A DNA stretch of 64,000 nt. It comes from an uncultured Candidatus Poseidoniales archaeon. GTDB lineage: Archaea > Thermoplasmatota > Poseidoniia > Poseidoniales > Thalassarchaeaceae. Below, piece after piece: positions 9,555 to 18,561 of the stretch (position 1 is the stretch's first letter; every line of letters starts with the position of its first letter). The position numbers and the translations under genes are program-made. Below the pieces are notes generated by a model that was not told where the DNA came from, ran no database searches, and saw only the letters and a list, made by a program, of their open reading frames with translations. The stretch is taken from the NCBI GenBank assembly GCA_964618995.1, contig CAZUBQ010000001.1:83632-147631 (forward strand), written 5' to 3'.

Positions 9555-9884
9555 TCACTGGTAGCCGCCGCACGCGGGGCAGAATGGAACATCGGTCTCC
9601 AGATTCTCGTCACAGTGTCGACAGACCGATGGGTCCCCCTCAGGCACAGTCCCATCCTCATCATCACTTGTTGCGAGCAGGCGCACGCTCGGCACCTCTT
9701 CGAACGGCTCGATGTCTTCCGAAGCGCGGGCCATCACATGCGCCTGGAACTCCAATGCCTCCTGCAACGCGGCCTCCAATCGCCATATTCGTTGTTCACG
9801 CAATCGCTTGTCCTGAATCAGTTCCGCTTCCACCAGTTCTGCTTGCAGATGCCGTACGAACTCATCTGTAGTGGCTTCGGTCAT
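9555..9884 (-). CDS. Small coiled-coil protein with C-terminal zinc ribbon
   Basis: ATG at 9884 (MTEATTDEF...). Helical, charged middle region. CRHC...(11)...CPAC at the C-terminus. Confidence 0.4.
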   Translation of the reverse strand: MTEATTDEFVRHLQAELVEAELIQDKRLREQRIWRLEAALQEALEFQAHVMARASEDIEPFEEVPSVRLLATSDDEDGTVPEGDPSVCRHCDENLETDVPFCPACGGYQ

Positions 9885-9967
9885 GAGGCGGCCAAACGAC
9901 CGAGGCAAATGAAACCGGCGGAACGTCGACCAAATCTCAATAGCGGGACGGCTTCGGTTCCCAATTG

Positions 9968-10825
9968 ATGACGAGCCCCCATACCCAGGCCTCATGGGTC
10001 TTGATCAAGTTCGGAGGGGGTCTCATCACGGAGAAGCAGAATTTGTTGACCGTACGCAAGCAGGTCATCGATTCTCTGGCCGGTGCGGTATCCGAAATCC
10101 AAGTAGCAGGAAAATCACCCATCGTAGTCCACGGAGCCGGCAGTTTTGGGCATATCAAAGCAAAACGGTGGCGACTGCACGAGGGGAGAATAGAAGGGTG
10201 GACTCCAGAATCAAGCAATGATGAATACATCATGAGTCAGGATGAGGCTTGCCTCTCTGTGCATAGGGACATGCTCAACCTGAATGGGCAGGTTGTCGAA
10301 TCCCTGACTCGGGCAGGACTCAGCACCTCTGTTCACCCTCCACGAGACTGGGCCAATGGAACCGGACCCGAATTCAAGGGGGAATTCATTGATTTTCTCG
10401 ATCCCGATAGTGACACGATTCCAGTATTCTTCGGGGATGTAGTCCACTGCCCGAATGACGACTTCGGCATACTCTCAGGAGATGATGTTGTGTTCCGTCT
10501 GGCGAATGAACTCGGAGGCGTCAGTGCTGTGGTGTTCTGCATAGGGGGTGCACAGGGATTGCTCACAGCCCCCCCCAATGTGACTGGTTCTGAATTGGTG
10601 ACAATCTGGTCAACTGACATGAACCTGCATGGTCACCATGATAGCGCAATTGATGTCACTGGTGGCATTGCCTTGAAGGCAGCTCGTGCTGGAAGCATCT
10701 CCCAGGTGGTAGACGATGTCTGGTTCGTAAACGGTGAACACCCTAACAGAGTGGTCGAGGCGGCGCTGGGTGGGGAACCAATGGGCACTCGAATAGTCCC
10801 TGCATCTGGACAACCACTCGATTAA
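9968..10825 (+). CDS. ipk: Isopentenyl phosphate kinase (amino-acid-kinase fold)
   Basis: LIKFGGGLITEK, VVHGAGSFGH and GGIAL motifs typical of archaeal IPK. ATG at 9968. Confidence 0.8.
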   Translation: MTSPHTQASWVLIKFGGGLITEKQNLLTVRKQVIDSLAGAVSEIQVAGKSPIVVHGAGSFGHIKAKRWRLHEGRIEGWTPESSNDEYIMSQDEACLSVHRDMLNLNGQVVESLTRAGLSTSVHPPRDWANGTGPEFKGEFIDFLDPDSDTIPVFFGDVVHCPNDDFGILSGDDVVFRLANELGGVSAVVFCIGGAQGLLTAPPNVTGSELVTIWSTDMNLHGHHDSAIDVTGGIALKAARAGSISQVVDDVWFVNGEHPNRVVEAALGGEPMGTRIVPASGQPLD

Positions 10826-10859
10826 ATGCCCACGCACCCTCGAGAGAGCCGTGAGCGAG

Positions 10860-12551
10860 ATGGGTGAAGACACTGCCGACATACTCGGCGACGCGTACGA
10901 CAGTTCACAAACGGGTATGATGGATGAAGAGTGCATTCTCATCGACGAACATGACAACCCCCTCGGGCCCGGTAGCAAGGTCCTTTGCCACCTAGGGGAA
11001 GGACGACTACATCGCGCTTTCAGCGTTTTGTTGTTCAACTCAGAGGGGCGATTGTTAATCCAGAAACGCGCAGGTAGCAAGATCACCTTCCCAGGGGTGT
11101 GGGCGAACTCCTGTTGTAGCCATCCACTACATACTTCAGAGGAACTTGAGGAGGGGGTAGGCGTCAAACGTGCAGCGATACGCAAACTCGGACAGGAACT
11201 CGGAATTTCGCCTGAACAAGTTGCCGTAGATGACTTTCAATTGGTATCTAGGATGCATTACCACGCACGCGCTGATGAGCGCTGGGTCGAGCATGAAATC
11301 GACCATGTACTGGTGATTCAAGCGGATGTCGACATCGAGGTCAATCACAATGAAATCGAAGAGATTCGATGGGTCACTGCGGACCAACTCGCTGACATGA
11401 TATCAGGCGCCCCAAACAACAGCACTGTGTTCGCACCTTGGTTTTTGGAAATCTCAGACCGATTCCTCCCCTCCTGCTGGGACAATCGGGATGACCTCGC
11501 TGACGATGGACTCATCCATGAAGTGGGCCTTCTGACTAGCGCAGGCGCTGCTTCCGACGAAGGATCGCTGCTCGAAGCTCTCGTCGTCCATCGCGACAGG
11601 GTCGAGCAAGCCATCGATGAAGCCCTCGCCAAAACGATGCATGTACGTCTGCGCTCTGCCATGCAGCACCTATTCATGGGCGGTGGAAAACGTCTGCGTG
11701 CAATCCTTCCATGGCTGGTTGCGGACGCCGCTGGTGATGCCCACCAGGGACTATACGACTTGGGCGCGGCGATTGAGATCATCCACAATTTCACCTTGGT
11801 CCACGACGACATCATGGACAATGATGCCCTACGTCGTGGTAGACCTGCTGTGCACGTCGAGTTCGACAATCCTACGGCCATCAATGCAGGCGACGCCATG
11901 CTCGCACTGTCATTCGAGGTGCTGAGCGAATCCGAGGCAATCTCCGACGACCACTTCCGTCGTTTGGTGCAAATTATCGGAAGCATGGTCAGACGTGTAT
12001 CCGAAGGGCAACAGATGGACATGGATTTCGAGAATCAGGATGATGTGTCAGAGGATGCTTACATGCGCATGATAGCGGGTAAGACTGCAGCCATGTTCCA
12101 AGCCTGCTCTGAATGCGGTGCAATGCTCTCAGGAGCCGATAACGAGACGGTCATGGCAATGGCTGAGTGGGGAATACAACTCGGATTATGCTTCCAACTG
12201 ATGGATGATCTGATTGATGTTACAGGCGACTCCGAAACCCTCGGCAAGCCTGCAGGTAGTGATATTCTTGAGGGAAAGAGAACCCTCATCGCTATCCACG
12301 CGCTGCAACAGGATCAGGACATTCTCCCAGTGTTCCATGAGTTGTACGGTAGTTACTCCGACGATGTGAATGATGAGCGAATGAAGCAGGCCCTAGCCGA
12401 ACTCCGGACTGCAGGCTCGATTGACCACGCTCTTTCGCGCGCCATGCACCACCATTCCCGAGCGCATGAGTTGCTCAATATTCTTCCAGTAACCGGGGCA
12501 CGTGACCTGTTACGGGAACTCACCGACTGGCAACTGGTGAGGATATCCTGA
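10860..12551 (+). CDS. Fusion protein: type-1 isopentenyl-diphosphate isomerase (Nudix) N-terminal + geranylgeranyl/polyprenyl diphosphate synthase C-terminal
   Basis: N-terminal ~200 aa: HRAFSVLLFNSEGRLLIQKRAGSKITFPGVWANSCCSHP...E (IDI-1 Cys/Glu motifs). C-terminal ~340 aa: first DDxxD in LVHDDIMDNDALRRGRP, second in FQLMDDLID. Single uninterrupted ORF. Confidence 0.8.
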   Translation: MGEDTADILGDAYDSSQTGMMDEECILIDEHDNPLGPGSKVLCHLGEGRLHRAFSVLLFNSEGRLLIQKRAGSKITFPGVWANSCCSHPLHTSEELEEGVGVKRAAIRKLGQELGISPEQVAVDDFQLVSRMHYHARADERWVEHEIDHVLVIQADVDIEVNHNEIEEIRWVTADQLADMISGAPNNSTVFAPWFLEISDRFLPSCWDNRDDLADDGLIHEVGLLTSAGAASDEGSLLEALVVHRDRVEQAIDEALAKTMHVRLRSAMQHLFMGGGKRLRAILPWLVADAAGDAHQGLYDLGAAIEIIHNFTLVHDDIMDNDALRRGRPAVHVEFDNPTAINAGDAMLALSFEVLSESEAISDDHFRRLVQIIGSMVRRVSEGQQMDMDFENQDDVSEDAYMRMIAGKTAAMFQACSECGAMLSGADNETVMAMAEWGIQLGLCFQLMDDLIDVTGDSETLGKPAGSDILEGKRTLIAIHALQQDQDILPVFHELYGSYSDDVNDERMKQALAELRTAGSIDHALSRAMHHHSRAHELLNILPVTGARDLLRELTDWQLVRIS

Positions 12552-12579
12552 GCCATCCACCGTTCTGTCGGTGCGTGTA

Positions 12580-14787
12580 TCAGTCTGTGTAGTAAGTTTC
12601 ACCTGGTATGTCGGGCTTGAGACCTTTACGTTCACGAATCTCCCCGACAATACCCTCGAGAAGACTGCGCGGCAGTTCCTCGAAGCCACAGTTCTCCGTG
12701 TTCCAGATCGCCCTTCCCTGGCTAGCTGCGCGAATACTGTTGCTGAATCCGAACGTCTCGGCGACCGGTACCTTGCCAATCACTGTCGTGGTCTCTCCGT
12801 CAGCGGGCATGTCCTCTATCTCCCCGCGTCGTTGTGTAAGTTCGCGCGTCACCCCTCCGAGCCACTCGTTGGGCACGCTCACGAATAACTTCTGGATTGG
12901 CTCTAGAACGACCGGGCCTGCTCGCACCATGGCACCCTTCACTGAATTGCGCATGGCAGGAATAGTCTGCGCCGGACCACGGTGGATGGCGTCTTCGTGG
13001 AGTTTGGCATCTACGAGTCTGACCATGACTCCCATGCACGGTTCCTCAGCCAGAGGGCCGCGAATGCACACCTCGTTGAACGCCTCGATGAGTAGTTCCT
13101 TCGTCTCGTGTAGGTATTGGATGCCCTTTGTGTCGTTGACGAGCAGGTTGGTTCCGTTTATTGTGAATGTCTTGCGCATCAGGTCCTTGTCCAGGCCATA
13201 CTCGGCGAATCTACGGCCAATCTCCTTCGCCTCCTTCGGTCGCACATTTCCAGTTCCGAACACCCCTTCGCGCAGAGCCTGGATGACATCATCAGGAAGT
13301 CGTTCCACCTCACAGTAGAATCGGTTGTGGCGGTTGGGGGATTTACCCTCGAACGCCCTTCCGTGATTGTTGCCGGACACTGTTTCCCGATAGACAACAA
13401 TGGGCTCGGACACATCGACCTTTATTCCCTGTTCATGCTCGATTCGATATGTGGTGATCTCCAGATGCAATTCACCCATCCCCGCTAGCAATGCCTCGCC
13501 TGTCTCGGAGTTGGTGCTGACCTCAAGCGATGCGTCAGCCTTGGCGAGTGAGCGCAGCGCATCGATGAACTTGGGAAGGTCCTTCATCCCCTTGGGCTCG
13601 ATTGCAACGGTGACAACCGGTTCAGAGTAGTGTCGAATCTCCTCGAACGGGGTGCTATCCTGCTCACGAGTGATGGTGACACCAGCGGCGGCTGAGCGAA
13701 TACCTGTGAGGGCTGCGATGTTCCCTGCGACAACGTTCGGTACAGAGATGCGATCGCTACCGACCATCATACTTACTTGCTGGACCCGCTCGGATTTTCC
13801 CGCTCCGGACGCCCACAACGTCTCACCATGTTCTATTGAACCAGAGTAGACACGACCAACCGCGACCTCGCCAGCGTGTGGGTCCATCCATATCTTGGTA
13901 ATCATCAATGAAAGTGGACCATCTGCATCACAGGTAAGCATCGCTTTACCCATATCCGAATCGAGATCTCCCTGCCAGATGTTTGGGATGCGATAGGGCT
14001 GGGCCACTTCAGGGCTAGGAAGTTCAGAGACCGCCATGTCCAACAGCACCTCGTGGACGGGCGCACGTTGAGCCAACTCCTCTTGGTTCTCGGAGTTGCA
14101 GTAGTCGAAAATCATCGTGAAATTGATGCCTGATTTCTGCATGTATGGAACTGTAATTCCCCAGTTATGATAGGCGGAACCAAAGGCGACAGTGCCATCC
14201 TGCACAGAGACCTTCCACTCCTTCTTGAATTCCTCTGGAGCGAAGTCCTGGATCAGCTTGTTGACCTTGACTATCTGCTCCGTGAAGCGCGCCATCATGT
14301 CCTCAGGAGTCACCTGCAACTCGTTGATTAGCCGGTCGACCTTGTTGATGAATAGAACTGGCTTGACGCGCTCCTTGAGTGCCTGGCGTACAACAGTCTC
14401 TGTCTGCGGCATGGCACCCTCGACGGCACAGGTCAGGATGAAGCAGCCATCAACAGCGCGCATGGCACGTGTGACGTCACCACCGAAGTCGACGTGACCT
14501 GGAGTATCGATGAGGTTGATGAGGTAGTCAGTAGATTCGTAATCGTGTACCATCGATGCACTGGCAGCATTGATTGTGATACCGCGGGCAGACTCCTGTT
14601 CATCGAAATCGAGTACCCGAGCCTTTCCGGCCAACTCGGCGCTCATCATTCCAGCGCCGGCGATGAGATTGTCTGAAAGCGTGGTTTTTCCGTGGTCGAT
14701 GTGAGCGGCTATAGCTAGGTTGCGAATGTTAGCGCGATGATGCATGACCTCGGTCGCCTTGGCGATGTTATCCTCCTTGCGTGCCAT
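12580..14787 (-). CDS. fusA: Translation elongation factor 2 (aEF-2)
   Basis: AHIDHGKTTLSDNL, DTPGHVDF and full EF-G/EF-2 domain series. 735 aa with ATG start. Confidence 0.95.
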   Translation of the reverse strand: MARKEDNIAKATEVMHHRANIRNLAIAAHIDHGKTTLSDNLIAGAGMMSAELAGKARVLDFDEQESARGITINAASASMVHDYESTDYLINLIDTPGHVDFGGDVTRAMRAVDGCFILTCAVEGAMPQTETVVRQALKERVKPVLFINKVDRLINELQVTPEDMMARFTEQIVKVNKLIQDFAPEEFKKEWKVSVQDGTVAFGSAYHNWGITVPYMQKSGINFTMIFDYCNSENQEELAQRAPVHEVLLDMAVSELPSPEVAQPYRIPNIWQGDLDSDMGKAMLTCDADGPLSLMITKIWMDPHAGEVAVGRVYSGSIEHGETLWASGAGKSERVQQVSMMVGSDRISVPNVVAGNIAALTGIRSAAAGVTITREQDSTPFEEIRHYSEPVVTVAIEPKGMKDLPKFIDALRSLAKADASLEVSTNSETGEALLAGMGELHLEITTYRIEHEQGIKVDVSEPIVVYRETVSGNNHGRAFEGKSPNRHNRFYCEVERLPDDVIQALREGVFGTGNVRPKEAKEIGRRFAEYGLDKDLMRKTFTINGTNLLVNDTKGIQYLHETKELLIEAFNEVCIRGPLAEEPCMGVMVRLVDAKLHEDAIHRGPAQTIPAMRNSVKGAMVRAGPVVLEPIQKLFVSVPNEWLGGVTRELTQRRGEIEDMPADGETTTVIGKVPVAETFGFSNSIRAASQGRAIWNTENCGFEELPRSLLEGIVGEIRERKGLKPDIPGETYYTD

Positions 14788-14790
14788 ATG

Positions 14791-14807
14791 CCCAACCTAC
14801 GGTTGGG
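14791..14807 (-). promoter_or_regulatory. Hairpin (7-bp stem, cccaacc/ggttggg) immediately 5' of the EF-2 start codon
   Basis: Perfect inverted repeat cccaacctacggttggg ends 3 nt from the ATG. It lies in a 138-nt S7-EF2 spacer. Confidence 0.3.
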
Positions 14808-14925
14808 CGGGCCACCCGACCTCGGTTCATAAAGCCCCCCGCATCCGATTGAGGAATTACCGCGCTGTGAGGCGAGATTGAGAGAATCAGGACAATTATC
14901 GGATTGAACTGGAATCCGATGACGA

Positions 14926-15591
14926 TCAACGAGCAGAGGCGGCAACGCGCTCGAGTTCCTCACGCTTGCCCACGGCGAATGATGCGACATCACCGTCAGC
15001 AGCCTTGAGCACCTCAGTGACGATTCCTTGGGTGAGTGTTCTCTTGCTCTTTCGCGTCGCCTTTGTCGAACCCAGAGCAAGGTTGCGCAGAGCAGTGTCC
15101 ATGCGCCTACTGGGGGAACTATCGACAGCCTTCGGCTGGCTGACAGCGCCGAAGCGGATGCGAGTGGTCTCCTCCATCGGAGCGGAATTAGTGATGGCAT
15201 CAACGAACACCTGCAGTGGGTTCTGTCCAGTCTTCTGGGAGATGTCGTCAAGCGCCTGTTCGAATGCCTTCGTGGTCGCCATCTTCTTGCCTGTGTAGGA
15301 ACCAGTGCGCATCAGTCCGTTGATGAAGCGCTCTACGATTGAGAGCCTCTTCTTACCGAACCATTGGTTGGCGTGTCGGCCACCGGAGTGTGGCACTCCT
15401 ACGGTCTTGAGATTGATGTACGGGGCGATTCCGGGGTCCAAGCAGGTCACTTCGGTCGCATCCCACTTTCCGAAAACGAGGGTTCCGATACCTGCGATTG
15501 GCATTTCCGGTTCAGGTTCGGGTGCATCCTCGACCTCAGGTGCATCCTCATCGAGGTTCACTTCCTCGCCACCCTGTTCGTCGTCGGCCAT
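14926..15591 (-). CDS. rps7: 30S ribosomal protein S7
   Basis: KLFGKWD-like core (LVFGKWD), RNA-binding C-terminus. 30-aa acidic N-terminal extension (MADDEQGGEEVNLDEDAPEVEDAPEPEPE). Confidence 0.9.
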   Translation of the reverse strand: MADDEQGGEEVNLDEDAPEVEDAPEPEPEMPIAGIGTLVFGKWDATEVTCLDPGIAPYINLKTVGVPHSGGRHANQWFGKKRLSIVERFINGLMRTGSYTGKKMATTKAFEQALDDISQKTGQNPLQVFVDAITNSAPMEETTRIRFGAVSQPKAVDSSPSRRMDTALRNLALGSTKATRKSKRTLTQGIVTEVLKAADGDVASFAVGKREELERVAASAR

Positions 15592-15600
15592 ACTAACACC

Positions 15601-16044
15601 TCAGCGAATCGGCTTCTCCTTACGCCCACGGACCATCTCATCGAGAGAGACTCCGTTGACCTGGATGACCTTGTAGCGCACTCCCGGAATGTCGCCGTAC
15701 GACCTTCCCATGCGGCCTCCGATTCCCTCGACCATCACTTCGTCATGTTCATCGATGAAGTTGATGGCCCCGTCACCTGGGGCGAACGCAGTCAGTTTGT
15801 TGCCGGTGCGAATGAGGCTGATCTTCAGGCACTTGCGAATCCCTGAGTTGGGCTGCTTGGCTTCGATACCCACCTTCTCGATGACGATTCCTTTGGCTTG
15901 GGCGCTGCCGCGCAAAGGGTCGTGTTTGAGCACTCCACCCTTGGTCTTCTTCTTTGCTTGCCGCTTCTTGTAGCGGCGATCGGACCAGCGGTACTTGTTG
16001 CGTTCCTGCTTCATCTTCGAGCCAGCGAAGAGTCCCCTACCCAT
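15601..16044 (-). CDS. rps12: 30S ribosomal protein S12
   Basis: [30 protein letters not shown] is conserved S12 sequence. Confidence 0.95.
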   Translation of the reverse strand: MGRGLFAGSKMKQERNKYRWSDRRYKKRQAKKKTKGGVLKHDPLRGSAQAKGIVIEKVGIEAKQPNSGIRKCLKISLIRTGNKLTAFAPGDGAINFIDEHDEVMVEGIGGRMGRSYGDIPGVRYKVIQVNGVSLDEMVRGRKEKPIR

Positions 16045-16078
16045 GTATCCACCTTGAGCAGCCCGCCGACCTGCCGCG

Positions 16079-16086
16079 CGTATATG
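16079..16086 (-). promoter_or_regulatory. Candidate TATA box for the S12-S7-EF2 operon
   Basis: A gtatatga element sits ~35-40 nt upstream of the S12 ATG in an otherwise GC-rich 113-nt divergent intergenic region. Confidence 0.25.
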
Positions 16087-16157
16087 AGGGTGATGGCTCG
16101 TAAATGATGGACACGGCGCCAGAATAGGCCCTCAATGTCATTGCACAGCCACCTCTG

Positions 16158-17501
16158 ATGGCACAGGATGTGGGTTACTGGGAGGTGCCCCCAATGTTGA
16201 AGCAGGTCGGACAGGTCGATTGGATGATGGCGTTCAGGGATCATCTTACAGATGCGCTGAGAATCTCTGAGCCGACGAGCGTTGTCACCGAGATCCGAGA
16301 ACGAGCCGCAGAGTGTGGAGGCACATCTCTGCTGTTCGAGAACCTGCCTGGTAGCCCCGGGCATCGTGCTGCCGTGAACGTGTGCATGCGCGAAAACCTG
16401 GCACGCGCTTGGAACATCGACCCATCGGAACTCATTGACCTGATGGGCTGGGCGATGGAAAATCCGAGTGATGACTTCGTTATTCTTGAGGTTGATTCGG
16501 CACCTGTCATGGAGTGCTCAATGGAACCGGTCGACCTAACCCGCTTACCGATACCATGGCACTATCCCGAAGACCGCGGCCGTTACATGTCAGCCAGCAT
16601 CGTCATCGCTGAGCATGCTGGTGTGCGAAACGTCTCCTACCATCGGCAGTTCATCCGTGACAGTGACCACGTTGTTGCCCGCCTGGTGCCTCGCCACCTC
16701 ACCGCGTTGTTGGACAGTGCCAGATCTGACGATGAGACTGTGAGCATCGGCGTGGTGAATGGGGCTGATCCCACCGTTCTTCTGGCTGGGGCGATGTCCT
16801 TCAGTGAACCGCTCGATGAGTTGACCGTTGCCAACAGCCTGCACAAGCGAGTCCATGGCCGACCGTTGGAATTGGTCTCCTTGGAGAACGGAATCATGAT
16901 TCCCGCAGGTGCTGAATATGGGATGGCGGCTACCATACTTCTCGAGGATGATGACGAGGGCCCGTATGTTGACATCACCGGTACGGTCGATGATGTGAGG
17001 CAGCAACCAGTGTTCAGCATCGATAGTCTGCACCACCGCACTGAGCCAATCTTCCATGCTATCGTTCCTGCTGGAGCTGAGCACTTGGCACTGATGGGAT
17101 TGCCCCGTGCCCCCACGATCAAGGCTGCTGTGTCACAGGTTTGTGAATGCCATGATGTCGTGCTGGGGGAGGGTGGATGCGGCTGGCTGTCGTCGGTGGT
17201 ATCGATAACTCCCCGAACTGAGGACGAACCGCGGGCAGCCATCATGGCGGCATTCGACGGACACCCCTCGATGAAATCCGTGACCATCGTCGACTCTGAC
17301 ATTGACATCTCCGACCCTCAGAGAGTAGAGTGGGCCTTGATGACCCGGTGGCAACCAGATCAGGACACGGTGATACTGTCCAACCAACGAGGCAGCAGTC
17401 TCGACCCGACCCGCTCTGATGACGGTGTGACTTCGAAGATTGGATACGACGCCACAATCCCTCTCGGAGCTGACCGTGGGCCATTTACATCGGTATTGTG
17501 A
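16158..17501 (+). CDS. UbiD-family (prFMN-dependent) decarboxylase
   Basis: End-to-end similarity to UbiD (LLFENLPGSPGHRAAVNVCMRENLARAWN; C-terminal RWQPDQDTVIL...GYDATIPLG, compare E. coli TTRMDPARDTVLV...GLDATNKWPG). Confidence 0.75.
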   Translation: MAQDVGYWEVPPMLKQVGQVDWMMAFRDHLTDALRISEPTSVVTEIRERAAECGGTSLLFENLPGSPGHRAAVNVCMRENLARAWNIDPSELIDLMGWAMENPSDDFVILEVDSAPVMECSMEPVDLTRLPIPWHYPEDRGRYMSASIVIAEHAGVRNVSYHRQFIRDSDHVVARLVPRHLTALLDSARSDDETVSIGVVNGADPTVLLAGAMSFSEPLDELTVANSLHKRVHGRPLELVSLENGIMIPAGAEYGMAATILLEDDDEGPYVDITGTVDDVRQQPVFSIDSLHHRTEPIFHAIVPAGAEHLALMGLPRAPTIKAAVSQVCECHDVVLGEGGCGWLSSVVSITPRTEDEPRAAIMAAFDGHPSMKSVTIVDSDIDISDPQRVEWALMTRWQPDQDTVILSNQRGSSLDPTRSDDGVTSKIGYDATIPLGADRGPFTSVL

Positions 17502-17562
17502 GCACACTCAACAGCGAAGGGGAGAAATGGCGGCACGTTACCAACCGCGATGAGGTGAGTGC

Positions 17563-18561
17563 ATGGAGCGCAGTTCGTCGGATTTGTTTCACCCAAGGAG
17601 AAGCCTAGGTAATCGGCATCGCACACAGGCGATCAAGTTCCTAGAACTTGCCAACACCGACCCTGATCGCCGCGACCAGAATCTCAGTTGGGCCGAGCAG
17701 AACGCTCGTCAAGCCGTCCTGCACGATTTCACCAACGAGTTGAACTGGACCGTGCTAGCAGATGTGAAGCGCCAAGGAGCGGATTCTAGTGGCCTCCGTG
17801 CAGTGCTCGAGGATCTGTTCGGTGTACTCGGAAGGGACCCCGAGTTGCTATCGCAACTCGACGATATCGACATGCTGGAGGCGGGTTGTGAGCTGCTTAA
17901 CGGAGCGCTGGACGCCGACCCACTCGACGCGGACGCGTGGTGGGAGAGTAACGCAGGAGACGATGCACTCGAAGAATTCGAGCAACGGATGTTCCGGCTG
18001 GATCTATCGGATCCACGTGCGAACGTGATTTTCGGGAGGAGGTTAGAAAGGGTTCGCGCCGGAGGCGAAGAAGAGCGGTTCATCAGATTGGTTCGACGGT
18101 TGCTGGCCCATAGGCCGGTGAACCACGAAGCATGGGGTGAACTCGGTAGGTTGCACGAGAGGCGTGATGAGTATGATGAAGCGTGGTTCTGCTACGATCA
18201 GGCCCAGAATCACTTCCCGCAGGTGCCACTACGCGACCGATTCAGGGATCGCATGACCCAGGCGATGGATCGAGCCGGGCAGAATTGGAGTGCGCCCGAC
18301 CAAGATGCACGGGAGCAATTCCTCACCAAGATGCAATCACTGGCACTAAAGGTCAGCCCTCCTGTTAATCAGCCTGTAACAGAGGATGACGAAGATGATG
18401 AAACGATTGATGATGACGAACAGGAATTGGCGCGTTTGCTCGATTCTGGAGAACCGGCGGCCGCATTCTTCCTCGCACGCCGACTAGTAACCAGAGGTGA
18501 ATCGTGGGCCAGTGAATGGCTGGAACGCGCCAGCGCACAACTTCAGGATGAATCTGGTTGA
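17563..18561 (+). CDS. Hypothetical all-alpha (TPR-like) protein with acidic C-terminal stretch
   Basis: Helical repeats, W/E-rich. No motif recognised. Confidence 0.4.
   Translation: MERSSSDLFHPRRSLGNRHRTQAIKFLELANTDPDRRDQNLSWAEQNARQAVLHDFTNELNWTVLADVKRQGADSSGLRAVLEDLFGVLGRDPELLSQLDDIDMLEAGCELLNGALDADPLDADAWWESNAGDDALEEFEQRMFRLDLSDPRANVIFGRRLERVRAGGEEERFIRLVRRLLAHRPVNHEAWGELGRLHERRDEYDEAWFCYDQAQNHFPQVPLRDRFRDRMTQAMDRAGQNWSAPDQDAREQFLTKMQSLALKVSPPVNQPVTEDDEDDETIDDDEQELARLLDSGEPAAAFFLARRLVTRGESWASEWLERASAQLQDESG

Noticed and set aside
11345-12022. 225-aa antisense ORF inside the IDI::GGPPS gene. Similar long antisense ORFs occur at 12608-13318 (in EF-2), 36065-37000 (in Lhr), 44708-45283 (in the TGase-like gene), 51135-51767 (in OPT), 5781-6416 (in actin-like), 16637-17308 (in UbiD) and 25963-26475 (in purB).
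   Set aside because: High GC suppresses stop codons on the opposite strand. The products are Ser/Arg/Pro/Ala-rich low-complexity sequences with no motifs, and they fully overlap strongly supported genes.
12580-14787. Inteins in EF-2, Lhr, RFC or GlyRS
   Set aside because: The proteins are of normal length apart from Lhr, and no HN[SCT]/TxxH intein blocks were seen. The Lhr excess length is a C-terminal region, not an insertion.
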